Shown in pieces: positions 9,650 to 18,796 of a stretch of 64,000 bases of DNA; positions within the stretch are counted from its first letter, which is position 1; the number at the start of each line of letters is the position of its first letter. Source of the stretch: Candidatus Zixiibacteriota bacterium (lineage in GTDB: Bacteria > RBG-13-66-14 > B26-G2 > WVWN01); contig JASFLY010000002.1 in assembly GCA_050117845.1 (NCBI GenBank), forward strand, positions 1 to 64,000, read 5' to 3'. Position numbers and translations under genes: made by a program. Under the pieces are notes generated by a model, which had not been told where the DNA came from, did not search any database, and saw only the letters and a program-made list of their open reading frames with translations.

Positions 9650-10681
9650 GTGGTAAACGAAAAAAAACTCCGGGACTTGGGCGAGGCCGGCATCCTGGCC
9701 CGCATTTTCGAACGGCTCGGGCCGACGGGCCCCGGCGTGCTCGTGGGCCCCGGGGACGACGCCGCGGCGCTGGCCGGCAGCGGCGCCGACGCGGTGGTCT
9801 TCGCCTCCGACGCCATGGTCGAGAGCGTGCACTTCGACCTGGCGTTTATGACGGCGGCGGACGTGGGCTGGCGTCTGACCTGCGCCAACCTGTCGGACCT
9901 AGCGGCGATGGGGGCGGAACCCTGGGCGGCGGTAATATCGGTCGCGGCCCCGGCCTCCACCCCCGCGACCGCAATAGAAAGTTTTTACGACGGCGCGGCC
10001 GAACTCTCGCGCCGGGAGGGATTGACGCTCGTCGGCGGCGACGTCGTCGCGAGCCCGGCGGGCCTTTTTTTCGCGATGGCGGTAATAGGCCGGGCTGCCG
10101 GCGGTAAATGTCTGACCCGGGGTGGCGCGGCCCCGGGCGACATGCTCCTCCTCACGGGGGAAATAGGATTGGCGCAGGCGGGCCTGCACGTGCTCGGCGG
10201 CGAGGGAGAATGCGGGCCGGCGGCGGCCGAGGAAGCGACGAGCCGTTATCGGCGCCCCACCCCCCGGTTGGAAAAGGGCCGACGCCTTCTGCGGGAGAAT
10301 TACGCCACCGCGGCGATAGACACGTCGGACAGCCTCTCGGCCTCGGCGCACCACCTCGCCCGGGCGTCCGGCGTGACTATAACGCTGGACTCGGCCGCCC
10401 TGCCCGTATCCGAGGCGGCCCGGGACGTCGCGGCCTCGCGCGGCGAGGACGCCGTCTCGTACGTATTGGCGGCGGGCGAAGACTTCGAGCTGTTATTCAC
10501 CTGCCCGGCGGACCGGGCGAACGAAGCGGCCGCGGCGGCGGAAGGCCGCGTTATAGGGGCCGTTTCGGAGGGCGAGCCGAAAGTATTGCTAATTGAAGGA
10601 CGTGAAGAAAAACCCCTCGCACCGGAGGGCTTCACTCATTTCGGGGCTTTCTCGGGGGGAGGGAGCGACAGGCCGCGGTAG
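9650..10681 (+). CDS. thiL: Thiamine-monophosphate kinase
   Basis: GPGDDAA, DAMVESVHF, NLSDLAAMG, LVGGD, IDTSD, GEDFELLFT. Confidence 0.9.
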   Translation: MVNEKKLRDLGEAGILARIFERLGPTGPGVLVGPGDDAAALAGSGADAVVFASDAMVESVHFDLAFMTAADVGWRLTCANLSDLAAMGAEPWAAVISVAAPASTPATAIESFYDGAAELSRREGLTLVGGDVVASPAGLFFAMAVIGRAAGGKCLTRGGAAPGDMLLLTGEIGLAQAGLHVLGGEGECGPAAAEEATSRYRRPTPRLEKGRRLLRENYATAAIDTSDSLSASAHHLARASGVTITLDSAALPVSEAARDVAASRGEDAVSYVLAAGEDFELLFTCPADRANEAAAAAEGRVIGAVSEGEPKVLLIEGREEKPLAPEGFTHFGAFSGGGSDRPR

Positions 10682-11538
10682 GCCCGTTCGGCCACCTTGT
10701 AGAAGTAATCGTTATCGGGGTCGAGGGCGATCGCCGTGTCGGCGTCGGCCTTCGCCGCTTCGTAATCCTTGAAGCGGAGGCGGCACTCGGCCCGGCCTAT
10801 GAAGGCCCGGGCGCGATACGGACTGTCCTCGACGGCTATTACCTTGTCGAAATATCTCCAGCCGGCGCGGAAATCGCGCGGCTTCTTTTTAATGTAAAAA
10901 TAGCCCGTCCAGTAATCGACGGCTTCCGGCGGATTTGTGCCCCGGATCTCGCGCAGGTAACGGTTCGCCTCTTCTTCGGGACGTTCGAGTTTGAGGGTCA
11001 TATCGCGGATACCCCGGAACGCCGCGCCCCGGTTACGGACGTCGCGGCCGGCGATGCGGAAGGCCCGAACGTAGTCGGCGAGCGCCTCGTCGCGCCTGAG
11101 AGCGTTGCGGAAATATTCGGCCCGCCCCAAATAGCCGTAGGGGCTTTCCGGGTAATCCTTGATCATCTCGTCGAACTGGTCGAGCGCAACTTCTTCCGGG
11201 CCGATATAACGATGGGCGAGGCCGGTTAAATACAGGCCGCGGGGGTTTTCAGGGTCGAGGCGCCGGGCGGCCGCTATTCTCGGGATGGCGGTGTAGGCGG
11301 CGCCGGCGTAAATGAGTTCCTCGGCGGCGTCGAATGACAATTCGGCGCGGCACCGGGCGAGGCCCGCGGCGGCGTCTTCAGCCTGAGGAGAACGTTTAAA
11401 CCCGACGGCGATGAGCTCGTAACGGCGGGCCGCCTTGTCGAATTCGTACCCCGCCTCGTAGCGCCGGGCCTCTTCGTAATAGGTTTCGGCCCGATCGCTG
11501 CACCCGGACAGCAGTACCGCCCCGAAGGCCGCGAGCAT
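10636..11538 (-). CDS. TPR-containing lipoprotein
   Basis: Lipobox LLSGC; TPR-like helices (LDPENPRGLYLTG, YPESPYGYLGRA, LDPDNDYFY). Start ATG 11538 or TTG 11565. Confidence 0.72.
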   Translation of the reverse strand: MLAAFGAVLLSGCSDRAETYYEEARRYEAGYEFDKAARRYELIAVGFKRSPQAEDAAAGLARCRAELSFDAAEELIYAGAAYTAIPRIAAARRLDPENPRGLYLTGLAHRYIGPEEVALDQFDEMIKDYPESPYGYLGRAEYFRNALRRDEALADYVRAFRIAGRDVRNRGAAFRGIRDMTLKLERPEEEANRYLREIRGTNPPEAVDYWTGYFYIKKKPRDFRAGWRYFDKVIAVEDSPYRARAFIGRAECRLRFKDYEAAKADADTAIALDPDNDYFYKVAERAYRGLSLPPPEKAPK

Positions 11539-11568
11539 TAAGGCCCCGGCCGGGGAGATACCCAAGCG

Positions 11569-12306
11569 ATGTTGCTTAAAGCCGACTTTCACATCCACTC
11601 CTCGGCCTCGTACGACTCCCGGACGGAGCCGTGGGATATAGTCGCAACCTGTCTTCGGCGCGGCCTGGGAGCTTTCGCCGTCGCCGACCATAACGCCCTC
11701 GACGGTTCGCTGGCCGTGGCGGAACTCGTGGCCTCGTACGAGTTCGGCGACTTTATGGAACGCCATTATCCGGGACGGCCCCGGCCACGCGTCGTCGTCG
11801 CGCAGGAGGTCAACACCCGGGGGGGCGAGGCCATGGGCATGTACCTATCCCGGCCGCTAACGCGGGGCCTGTCGCTCGCCGAAACCATCGCCGAAATCCA
11901 CGAACAGGGCGGCCTCGTCAACATCCCGCACCCCTTCGCCCGCGTCGCCCATCGCCGGCCGCGACTCGACTTTATGGAACAATATGCCGACGGCATCGAC
12001 GCCGTCGAGGTGTACAACGCTCGTAGCGTCTTCGCCGAAGACGACAAAATCGCCCTCGACTTCGCCCGGCGCTACGGCCTCGGCCGCAGCGGCGGTTCCG
12101 ACGCGCATTTCCGCAACGAAATAGGCCGCGGTTACGTATTATTAAAGGACTTCGACTGTCCCGAATCTTTTTTGGCGTCCTTGAAAAACGCCGTACCCGG
12201 CGGCCGCAAAACGCCCCCCTTCGTCCCTCTAATTTCCTGGTTGCGGAACTTCCCCGGGGCGGTGGCGGACATGCGCGAACAATACCGCTTGACGGGTCGC
12301 CCGTAA
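11569..12306 (+). CDS. PHP domain protein (metal-dependent phosphoesterase)
   Basis: DFHIHS, DHN, QEV, PHPF, EVYN, GGSDAH motifs. Confidence 0.88.
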   Translation: MLLKADFHIHSSASYDSRTEPWDIVATCLRRGLGAFAVADHNALDGSLAVAELVASYEFGDFMERHYPGRPRPRVVVAQEVNTRGGEAMGMYLSRPLTRGLSLAETIAEIHEQGGLVNIPHPFARVAHRRPRLDFMEQYADGIDAVEVYNARSVFAEDDKIALDFARRYGLGRSGGSDAHFRNEIGRGYVLLKDFDCPESFLASLKNAVPGGRKTPPFVPLISWLRNFPGAVADMREQYRLTGRP

Positions 12307-12373
12307 CGGCCTACCTTAGCACAACGGCCGAGCGGCGACAAGCCCGAAACCAGGCCTCTCAGAGAGCGAGTAC

Positions 12374-12452
12374 CGTAACTCAATATTAATAAGGGTTTTA
12401 CGAGGCGTAGCATACGATTTGCCTTGACAAGAAATGGACCATATGTTAATTT
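12374..12452 (+). promoter_or_regulatory. 29-bp CGTAA-N19-TTACG palindrome plus sigma70 promoter
   Basis: CGTAACTCAATATTAATAAGGGTTTTACG at 12374-12402; TTGACA(12424)-17bp-TAATTT with TG extension. Confidence 0.55.
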
Positions 12453-12541
12453 CACGACAATATTTGGCCGCCGCGTTCGGCGGTTAAGTGTTATTGCAGT
12501 TTGTATTAATAATGTTCCCATACTCAAGGAGGAGTTGAGGA

Positions 12542-13471
12542 ATGCGCAAGGTAATAGTAACGATGGCCTTATTGATGATCGGGGCCGGGTTCGCTTTCGG
12601 GTACACGTTCCCCGGTGCCTGGGTCTATGACGGCCTAATCACGTACGACCACGGCGGAACGCCCATCGTTCCGGAAGCCCTGCACTTCAACGTGGGCGCC
12701 GGCTACTGGATGGCCAGCGAAGCCTGGGTCTACAACCCTGTTACTGAAGAAGTCGAGGACGTAGACCTCGGCGGCGACATCTCGGTCATTGCCGCCCCCA
12801 TCGACATCGGATACGCCATTAACGACCGTATCCTCGTCGACCTTACGCTCCAGATCCTGAATATCAGCATGAAGCCCGACATCGGCGACGAAGCCAGCGC
12901 CATGGGCCTCGGCGATATGTGGATCAAGGGTCGCTATATCGCCCCGGTCAGCAATATGAACCTCGGTGGCCGCTTGGGCGTTAAAATCCCGGTCGGCAAA
13001 TACGACCTGGAAGACGAAGACCCCGAATTGGGCGACGACCAGATGGACATCGACGTGGCGCTCGTGGCCGGTATGTGTCCGGACGAAGGTTTCGCGTTTA
13101 ACGGCCAGGCCGGTTTCCGCTATCGTATGGACCAGACGGTAGAGTTCGAAACGCTCCCGGGCGTAACGGAAGAAATCTCCTACACCCCCGGAATGCTCAT
13201 CTACCTCGACGTAGCGCCCGGTTATACCATGGGTCCCGAGAATTTCCAGATCTACGTACCCATCGGCTACGAAATGACGATGGCCGAAAAAATGGACGGC
13301 GACACTCTCGACGATACCGAAACCAGCGGCCTTTACCTCGGCGTGGCGCCCAAGTACGGCATCGACGCCAACAATATGCTCGGCGTCAAGTTCCTCTACC
13401 CCATCATGGGTAAGAACGTCTACAAGAGCATGATGTTCGGCGTTACGTACGAAGGCTACCTCCCGATGTAA
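12542..13471 (+). CDS. Putative outer-membrane beta-barrel transporter (MetA-pathway/SphA-like), paralog 1
   Basis: Signal peptide; GLGDMWIKGRY and GVKIPVGKYD motifs; alternating hydrophobic beta strands; paralogous to 13607 and 16763. Confidence 0.65.
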   Translation: MRKVIVTMALLMIGAGFAFGYTFPGAWVYDGLITYDHGGTPIVPEALHFNVGAGYWMASEAWVYNPVTEEVEDVDLGGDISVIAAPIDIGYAINDRILVDLTLQILNISMKPDIGDEASAMGLGDMWIKGRYIAPVSNMNLGGRLGVKIPVGKYDLEDEDPELGDDQMDIDVALVAGMCPDEGFAFNGQAGFRYRMDQTVEFETLPGVTEEISYTPGMLIYLDVAPGYTMGPENFQIYVPIGYEMTMAEKMDGDTLDDTETSGLYLGVAPKYGIDANNMLGVKFLYPIMGKNVYKSMMFGVTYEGYLPM

Positions 13472-13489
13472 CGTCTTAATATGTAAAAG

Positions 13490-13547
13490 AAAGGGCGACC
13501 TTCCGGTCGCCCTTTTTTTTGACAAATGTCGTTTATTAGTGTAATAT
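13490..13547 (+). terminator. Intrinsic terminator whose T-tract overlaps the -35 of the next promoter
   Basis: AAAGGGCGACC-TTCC-GGTCGCCCTTTTTTTT, then TTGACA(13519)-17bp-TAATAT(13542). Confidence 0.7.
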
Positions 13548-13606
13548 TTATTTGAGGTTGCAAGCGCAAGGGGTTTTAACCGTTTTTATTCTAAAGGAGG
13601 CACGGT

Positions 13607-14542
13607 ATGGTGAGGAGATATTGTAGTCTGCTGCTTGTCGCGGCAGCGGGCTTATTACTGACGGCCGGCTTCGCGTTTGGGTATACGTTCCCGGATGCGT
13701 GGGTCTACGACGGCCTCATAACGTACGACCACGGCGGCATGCCTATCGTCCCGGAAGCCCTGCACTTCAACGTCGGCGCGGGGTATTGGACGGCGACCGA
13801 ATTCTACAATGAGGACGGCGACGTCGAGGACTCGAGCTTCGATACGTCGGTCATCGCGGTTCCCATCGATATTGGCTACGCTATTAACGATCGTATCCTC
13901 GTCGACGTAACACTCCAAATTCTGAGTATTGACATGACGCCCGACCCCGGCGTTAGCACCTATCCCGACACCAGCGCCATGGGCCTCGGCGACGTGTGGA
14001 TCAAAGGCCGCTACATCGCGCCGCTCGGGAACGACCTGTATATGGGCGGTCGGTTGGGCGTCAAGATCCCCGTCGGCAAGGTCGAATACGATATGACGCA
14101 ATGGGAGCCGCCCCTCGGCGACGACCAGATGGATATCGACGTGGCGCTCGTGGCCGCCAAATACCCGGGAGCGGGTTTCGCGATGAACGGCCAGGTCGGC
14201 TTCCGTTACCGCATGGACGCTACGGTGGAAGAGATGGGCAACGAGTATAGCTATACGCCGGGCACCCTTATCTACGTCGACGTCGCACCGGGATACAGCA
14301 TGGGCCCGACGAACTTCCAGGTTTACGTCCCCATCGGTTACGAGATGACTACCGCCAGTAAATTCGAAGGAACGGAGAACGAAGACTCCGAGACCAGCGG
14401 CCTTTACGCCGGCGTGGCGCCCAAGTACGGCATAGACGCCAATAATACGGTGGGCTTCAAGTTCCTCTACCCCCTCATGGGTAAAAACGTTAGCAAGAGC
14501 ATGATGTTCGGCGTTACCTACGAGGGCTATCTGCCGTTGTAA
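13607..14542 (+). CDS. Putative outer-membrane beta-barrel transporter, paralog 2
   Basis: Same motifs as 12542 (YTFP.AWVYDGLITYDH, GLGDVWIKGRY, GVTYEGYLP). Confidence 0.65.
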   Translation: MVRRYCSLLLVAAAGLLLTAGFAFGYTFPDAWVYDGLITYDHGGMPIVPEALHFNVGAGYWTATEFYNEDGDVEDSSFDTSVIAVPIDIGYAINDRILVDVTLQILSIDMTPDPGVSTYPDTSAMGLGDVWIKGRYIAPLGNDLYMGGRLGVKIPVGKVEYDMTQWEPPLGDDQMDIDVALVAAKYPGAGFAMNGQVGFRYRMDATVEEMGNEYSYTPGTLIYVDVAPGYSMGPTNFQVYVPIGYEMTTASKFEGTENEDSETSGLYAGVAPKYGIDANNTVGFKFLYPLMGKNVSKSMMFGVTYEGYLPL

Positions 14543-14560
14543 CGCTTTCGCTCGTAAAGG

Positions 14561-14590
14561 AAAAGGGCGGCCCGCGGGCCGCCCTTTTTT
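14561..14590 (+). terminator. Intrinsic terminator
   Basis: AAAAGGGCGGCCC-GC-GGGCCGCCCTTTTTT. Confidence 0.7.
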
Positions 14591-14679
14591 ATTGACGGGT
14601 CCCGGCCGGGAGTAATATATTAAAGGTAAAGGTCTACCTCTTGCAATTCGGTTCACCACCAAATCGGAGGCGCGGGAAC

Positions 14680-15384
14680 ATGAGAAACCTTATAACGGCG
14701 GCAATGATACTGGCGGCCGGAAGCGTTTACGGCATCGGCGTCGGCCTCGGGGGTTTCGGCGGCGTCTCACTCCCCCTGGGAGATATGGCGGCCGACCGGA
14801 ACGTATTCTACCAATATACGGGGACCGGAGGCCAGGTCGGCTTCGAGGGCGGCGAAATGAAGGCCGCCGTAAAACTCGGCACCCGGGCGCTCGTCGCCGT
14901 ACTCCCGTATCTGGAAATCGAGGGCGGCTTCGCCTACCATTTAAATTACCCCCAACAGGATTGGGACGTCCCGTCGTTCGACGAACCGACGTACCGGATT
15001 ATCCCCATAACCGTCGGGGCCAATTACGTCTACCGCCACGGGCCGACGGCCTTCTACGCCGGCGGGGGCGCCGGCTACTACCTCGCCAAGGGCACGTTGA
15101 GCGCGACGTTCAACCTCCCTCCTTACGGCGACGTGGAATTCTCGGGCGACATGACCGCCAACAACCTCGGATTCTACGGGGGCGGCGGCTTCCGTTACCA
15201 TTTCGGTAACTTCTCGCTCGACGCCGGGCCGCGTTTCCACTACGTCCCCAACGAGGGCACGTACGACGTCGACATGAAATACGGCATAGGCCCCTTCGGC
15301 GGCAGCGTACCTTTCGAGGTCGAAAAGGGCTTCAACGACACCTTCGTGGACGTGGTCGTCGGCGTTAACTATTATTTCATATAG
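14680..15384 (+). CDS. Outer membrane beta-barrel protein (OmpA-like transmembrane/porin family)
   Basis: Signal peptide, IPITVGANY, FYAGGGAGYY, GFYGGGGFRY, aromatic C-terminus GVNYYFI. Confidence 0.72.
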   Translation: MRNLITAAMILAAGSVYGIGVGLGGFGGVSLPLGDMAADRNVFYQYTGTGGQVGFEGGEMKAAVKLGTRALVAVLPYLEIEGGFAYHLNYPQQDWDVPSFDEPTYRIIPITVGANYVYRHGPTAFYAGGGAGYYLAKGTLSATFNLPPYGDVEFSGDMTANNLGFYGGGGFRYHFGNFSLDAGPRFHYVPNEGTYDVDMKYGIGPFGGSVPFEVEKGFNDTFVDVVVGVNYYFI

Positions 15385-15585
15385 GGTTGGCTTTTGCTTC
15401 CGGCCCGGGGAGTGAGGTAGGATATTACTACCGACGCCCGGCCGTAAAACTTATCGATGAAGCGGCGGGCTTTACGCCCGCCGCTCCTTGCGAACCAACA
15501 AACGCCGCCGAACGGCAACACCGGACGGCATAAGTAACGAGCGGCAAGCTACGGTTCAGTATAAGGCAAAAAAGGAGCTGGGACT

Positions 15586-16512
15586 ATGAAGGCAAGGCGG
15601 ATTTCGTTCATCCTTGTAGCAGCGGCGCTGGCGGCCGGGGCCGCCGCGTGCGCGAAGGACGAGAAAAAAACGATTACCGTGGACGGCAAGGACCGCGAGT
15701 ATTACGTTCACGTCCCGCCGGGTTACGACGGCACGACGCCGGTGCCGCTGGTCCTCGGCCTGCACGGCGGCGGCGGAACGGCGGACAAGTTCGACAAACT
15801 CTCCCACATGAGCGCGACCGCCGACGCCCACGGCTTCATCGCGGTATACCCGCAAGGCCTCGACAAGGCATGGAACGACGGCCGGTCGATCAATAAAAAG
15901 AAAGAGAAGGCCGACGACGTCAAGTTCCTGGGCGAACTGTGCAAGCAGCTCTCGGCCGACTACGCCATAGACGAGACGAGGATATACACCACCGGCATTT
16001 CCAACGGCGGCTTCATGTCGATGCGGCTCGCGGCCGAGATGCCGGAAGTCTTCGCCGCGGCGTGCAGCGTCGCCGCCGGCGTTTCGGATTATTTAAACGA
16101 AGAACACGACCCGCCGATCGCGCCCATAGCGGTTATGCTTATAAACGGCACCGAGGACCCGCTGGTTCCGTACGAGGGAGGGGACGTCAAGGTCCTCGGG
16201 TTCAAGCGCGGCAAGGTCCTCTCGGCCTCCGACGGCGTGGGCTGGTGGGCCAAGTACAACGGCTGCGACGTGCCTCCGGTTAAAACCGACCTCCCGGACG
16301 TCGACCCGAACGACGGCATTACCGTATGGCGCGAGGACTACTCCCACGCGGGCGGCGCGGACGCCGTGCTGGTAACGGTGGAGGGCGGCGGCCACACCTG
16401 GCCCTCCGGATGGCAGTACCTGGGCGAGGGGTTTATCGGCAAAACGACGAACGACATCGACAACGAGATTATCTGGACGTTCTTCGCGGCCCACCCCCGT
16501 AAAACAGACTGA
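15586..16512 (+). CDS. PHB depolymerase/LpqC-family esterase, exported
   Basis: LVLGLHGGGG, VYPQG..WNDGR, DDVKF, GISNGG nucleophile, NGTEDPLVP, GGGHTWP. Confidence 0.88.
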   Translation: MKARRISFILVAAALAAGAAACAKDEKKTITVDGKDREYYVHVPPGYDGTTPVPLVLGLHGGGGTADKFDKLSHMSATADAHGFIAVYPQGLDKAWNDGRSINKKKEKADDVKFLGELCKQLSADYAIDETRIYTTGISNGGFMSMRLAAEMPEVFAAACSVAAGVSDYLNEEHDPPIAPIAVMLINGTEDPLVPYEGGDVKVLGFKRGKVLSASDGVGWWAKYNGCDVPPVKTDLPDVDPNDGITVWREDYSHAGGADAVLVTVEGGGHTWPSGWQYLGEGFIGKTTNDIDNEIIWTFFAAHPRKTD

Positions 16513-16635
16513 ACCGCACGCAGGCAAAAAACAACCGCGGGCCGACCTTCGGGTCGGCCCTTGCTTTTTCCGGCCTGTCCCAAAACCCCCGTCGGCCGCG
16601 AAGGCGTGCTAACCCGACTCCCCGTAAAAAAGGAT

Positions 16636-16664
16636 TAAACCCTGGCGACAGGCACAACGTCGAA
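16636..16664 (+). promoter_or_regulatory. Candidate ECF-sigma promoter
   Basis: TAAACC-17bp-GTCGAA, same motif as upstream of both SIMPL genes. Confidence 0.4.
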
Positions 16665-16762
16665 GTTCCATAAAACCGGGGTACCGCCGCCGTGGACCGG
16701 CGGCGCGCTACTACCGTACTCGCTATCTATAATCGTCGATCCTAATAAGGAGGAACTGAGGA

Positions 16763-17737
16763 ATGCGTAAGTCGATCTTCGCGATAGCTTTATTGTTAGT
16801 CGGTGCCGGATGCGCATTCGGCATCATAGAGGGCGGGGCCACGTTCCCCAATAGTTGGTTGTACGACGGCCTTATAACGTACGACCATATGGGCGTTCCG
16901 CCGACCCCGAACGCGTTCCACGTTAACGCCGGAATCGGTTATATGACCGCCGGCGAGTATTACGACCATGACGGCGAAGCCCGGGATATGGAAGGTGACG
17001 GGACTTTCATAACCGTACCGATCGATATCGGCTATGCCATCAACGAGAACATCTTGCTCGACGTTACGCTACAATTCCTGAGCAGCACAATAAGCGACGA
17101 CTCCGGCTTCGGCGAGGATTACAGCGCCGCGGGCCTGGGCGACGTCTGGGTGAAAGGGCGCTACATCGCGCCGGTCGGCGGTTTCAATCTCGGCGCGCGA
17201 CTCGGCGTCAAAGTCCCGGTCGGCAAAGTCGATTACGAGGACGACAAGCCGGAACTCGGCGACGGCCAGATGGATATCGACGTCGCCGCGGTAGCCGGTA
17301 TGTGCCCGGATCGGGGATTCGCGTTCAACGGCCAACTCGGTTACCGGCACCGCATGGCCGAGGAAGTAACGCTGGCGGCTCCGGAAGAGGGAGAATCCTA
17401 CGACGTAAAATTCACCCCCGGGAACTTAATATACCTCCACCTCGAACCCGGTTACACGATGGGCTCGGATAATTTCTCCGTCTACATGCCCGTAGGCTAT
17501 ATGACCTCGGGCGGGACTAAAGCCGAAGTCGAGGGCGAGACGAACAACATCGACGACTCCGAGACCAGCGGCCTATACCTCGGCCTTGCGCCTAAATACG
17601 GCATCGACGCCAACAACACCGTAGGCGTAAAATTCCTATACCCGATCATGGGTACCGGCGGCGGCATCGAGGCCGGCCCCTACCTGCTGAAGACAATGTC
17701 GATAGGCGTTACGTACGAGGGCTATCTTCCCATATAA
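16763..17737 (+). CDS. Putative outer-membrane beta-barrel transporter, paralog 3
   Basis: FPNSWLYDGLITYDH, GLGDVWVKGRY, GVTYEGYLPI. Confidence 0.65.
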   Translation: MRKSIFAIALLLVGAGCAFGIIEGGATFPNSWLYDGLITYDHMGVPPTPNAFHVNAGIGYMTAGEYYDHDGEARDMEGDGTFITVPIDIGYAINENILLDVTLQFLSSTISDDSGFGEDYSAAGLGDVWVKGRYIAPVGGFNLGARLGVKVPVGKVDYEDDKPELGDGQMDIDVAAVAGMCPDRGFAFNGQLGYRHRMAEEVTLAAPEEGESYDVKFTPGNLIYLHLEPGYTMGSDNFSVYMPVGYMTSGGTKAEVEGETNNIDDSETSGLYLGLAPKYGIDANNTVGVKFLYPIMGTGGGIEAGPYLLKTMSIGVTYEGYLPI

Positions 17738-17787
17738 ACACTTTCACCCTCCAAATAGAGGGCGGCCTCGGGGCCGCCCTTTTTACG

Positions 17788-17811
17788 GCGGGGCCGACAT
17801 TCCTGTCGGCC
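17788..17811. repeat. REP-like palindrome
   Basis: GCGGGGCCGACATTCCTGTCGGCC, near-identical to 21028-21051. Confidence 0.65.
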
Positions 17812-17932
17812 GTAAAAAATCGAAGTGCGGAACGGCGGGCTTAATGCCCGCCGACCGCCGACCGGGCGCCGCCGGTTGGGCAACACCTGACGACGGCGGA
17901 CGTAAATAACTACAGTCGGGGCCCAGTTTTTT

Positions 17933-17961
17933 TTGACTTCGGTCCTCGTTTAATCTATAAT
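17933..17961 (+). promoter_or_regulatory. Sigma70-type promoter
   Basis: TTGACT-17bp-TATAAT; the ORF-track ATG at 17960 lies inside the -10, which favours a start at 18008. Confidence 0.7.
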
Positions 17962-18007
17962 GGCGGCGCGATTTTTGAGTATCCTGAACGGACGGGTTCG
18001 TACACCT

Positions 18008-18574
18008 ATGCATAAAAATAAAATACTCGTATATGTACTACTCGCGGCCGGGATGGTATGCGCGGCCGCCGCGCCCGCGGGCGCCCTGGTCCGCGTCGGC
18101 GCCGGCGCGAGCGGAAGCTTCGTCTTCCCCTCCGCCGCCTTCGACCACGACGCCAAATCTACCCCCGGGGGAAGCCTGCGCCTCTACGTTAACGCCTTCC
18201 ACTGGCTCACCTTCGACGCCGGCCTCGACGTCCACCTTCCGTTCAGCGCGGAAAGCGACACGGGCAGAGGCGAGACGCGGCTCCGGTGCTACAAGGCCGG
18301 CCTTATATACAAGGTCCACATGGGAATATTCAAGCCGTACCTGTCCCTGGGCTACTTGATGATAGACCAACGTATTCGCCGGGACGACGGTTGGGACGAC
18401 GTGTCCGCCCCCGGTTTCTACGTCGGCCCCGGCCTGGAATACTACTTTACCGAGCGTTTTTCGGCCAACGGCATGATGGGCTACAACCGCGCCTTCGACG
18501 GCGCCCGGCGGGACGAAGGCCGCGACACACAGTACATCCGCGTCGACTTCGGCGTGAATTATACGTTCTGGTAA
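18008..18574 (+). CDS. Outer membrane beta-barrel protein (OmpA-like, 8-strand)
   Basis: Signal peptide, KPYLSLGY, GFYVGPGLEYYF, C-terminal FGVNYTFW. Confidence 0.72.
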   Translation: MHKNKILVYVLLAAGMVCAAAAPAGALVRVGAGASGSFVFPSAAFDHDAKSTPGGSLRLYVNAFHWLTFDAGLDVHLPFSAESDTGRGETRLRCYKAGLIYKVHMGIFKPYLSLGYLMIDQRIRRDDGWDDVSAPGFYVGPGLEYYFTERFSANGMMGYNRAFDGARRDEGRDTQYIRVDFGVNYTFW

Positions 18575-18623
18575 CGCGGCCAGGTTGACACGGGCCTCGG
18601 TTTATGATATATAACGCCCCGAT

Positions 18624-18696
18624 TCCTCAGTAGCTCAATTGGCAGAGCATCCGGCTGTTAACCGGAGGGTTGCAGGTTCGAGTCCTGCCTGAGGAG
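18624..18696 (+). tRNA. tRNA-Asn(GTT), CCA not encoded
   Basis: Acceptor TCCTCAG/CTGAGGA, D-arm TAGCTCAATTGGCAGAGC, anticodon arm CCGG-CTGTTAA-CCGG, T-arm GCAGGTTCGAGTCCTGC; TTGACA at 18585 upstream and hairpin plus T tract downstream. Confidence 0.97.
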
Positions 18697-18796
18697 AATG
18701 AAAGCGCGCCCCGGGGAACCGGGGCGTTTTTTCGAATCCCCGTAGCGGGTTCCGCCCCGTACTAACAAGCCGGAGTTTCGCCGACGAGATTCTTAA

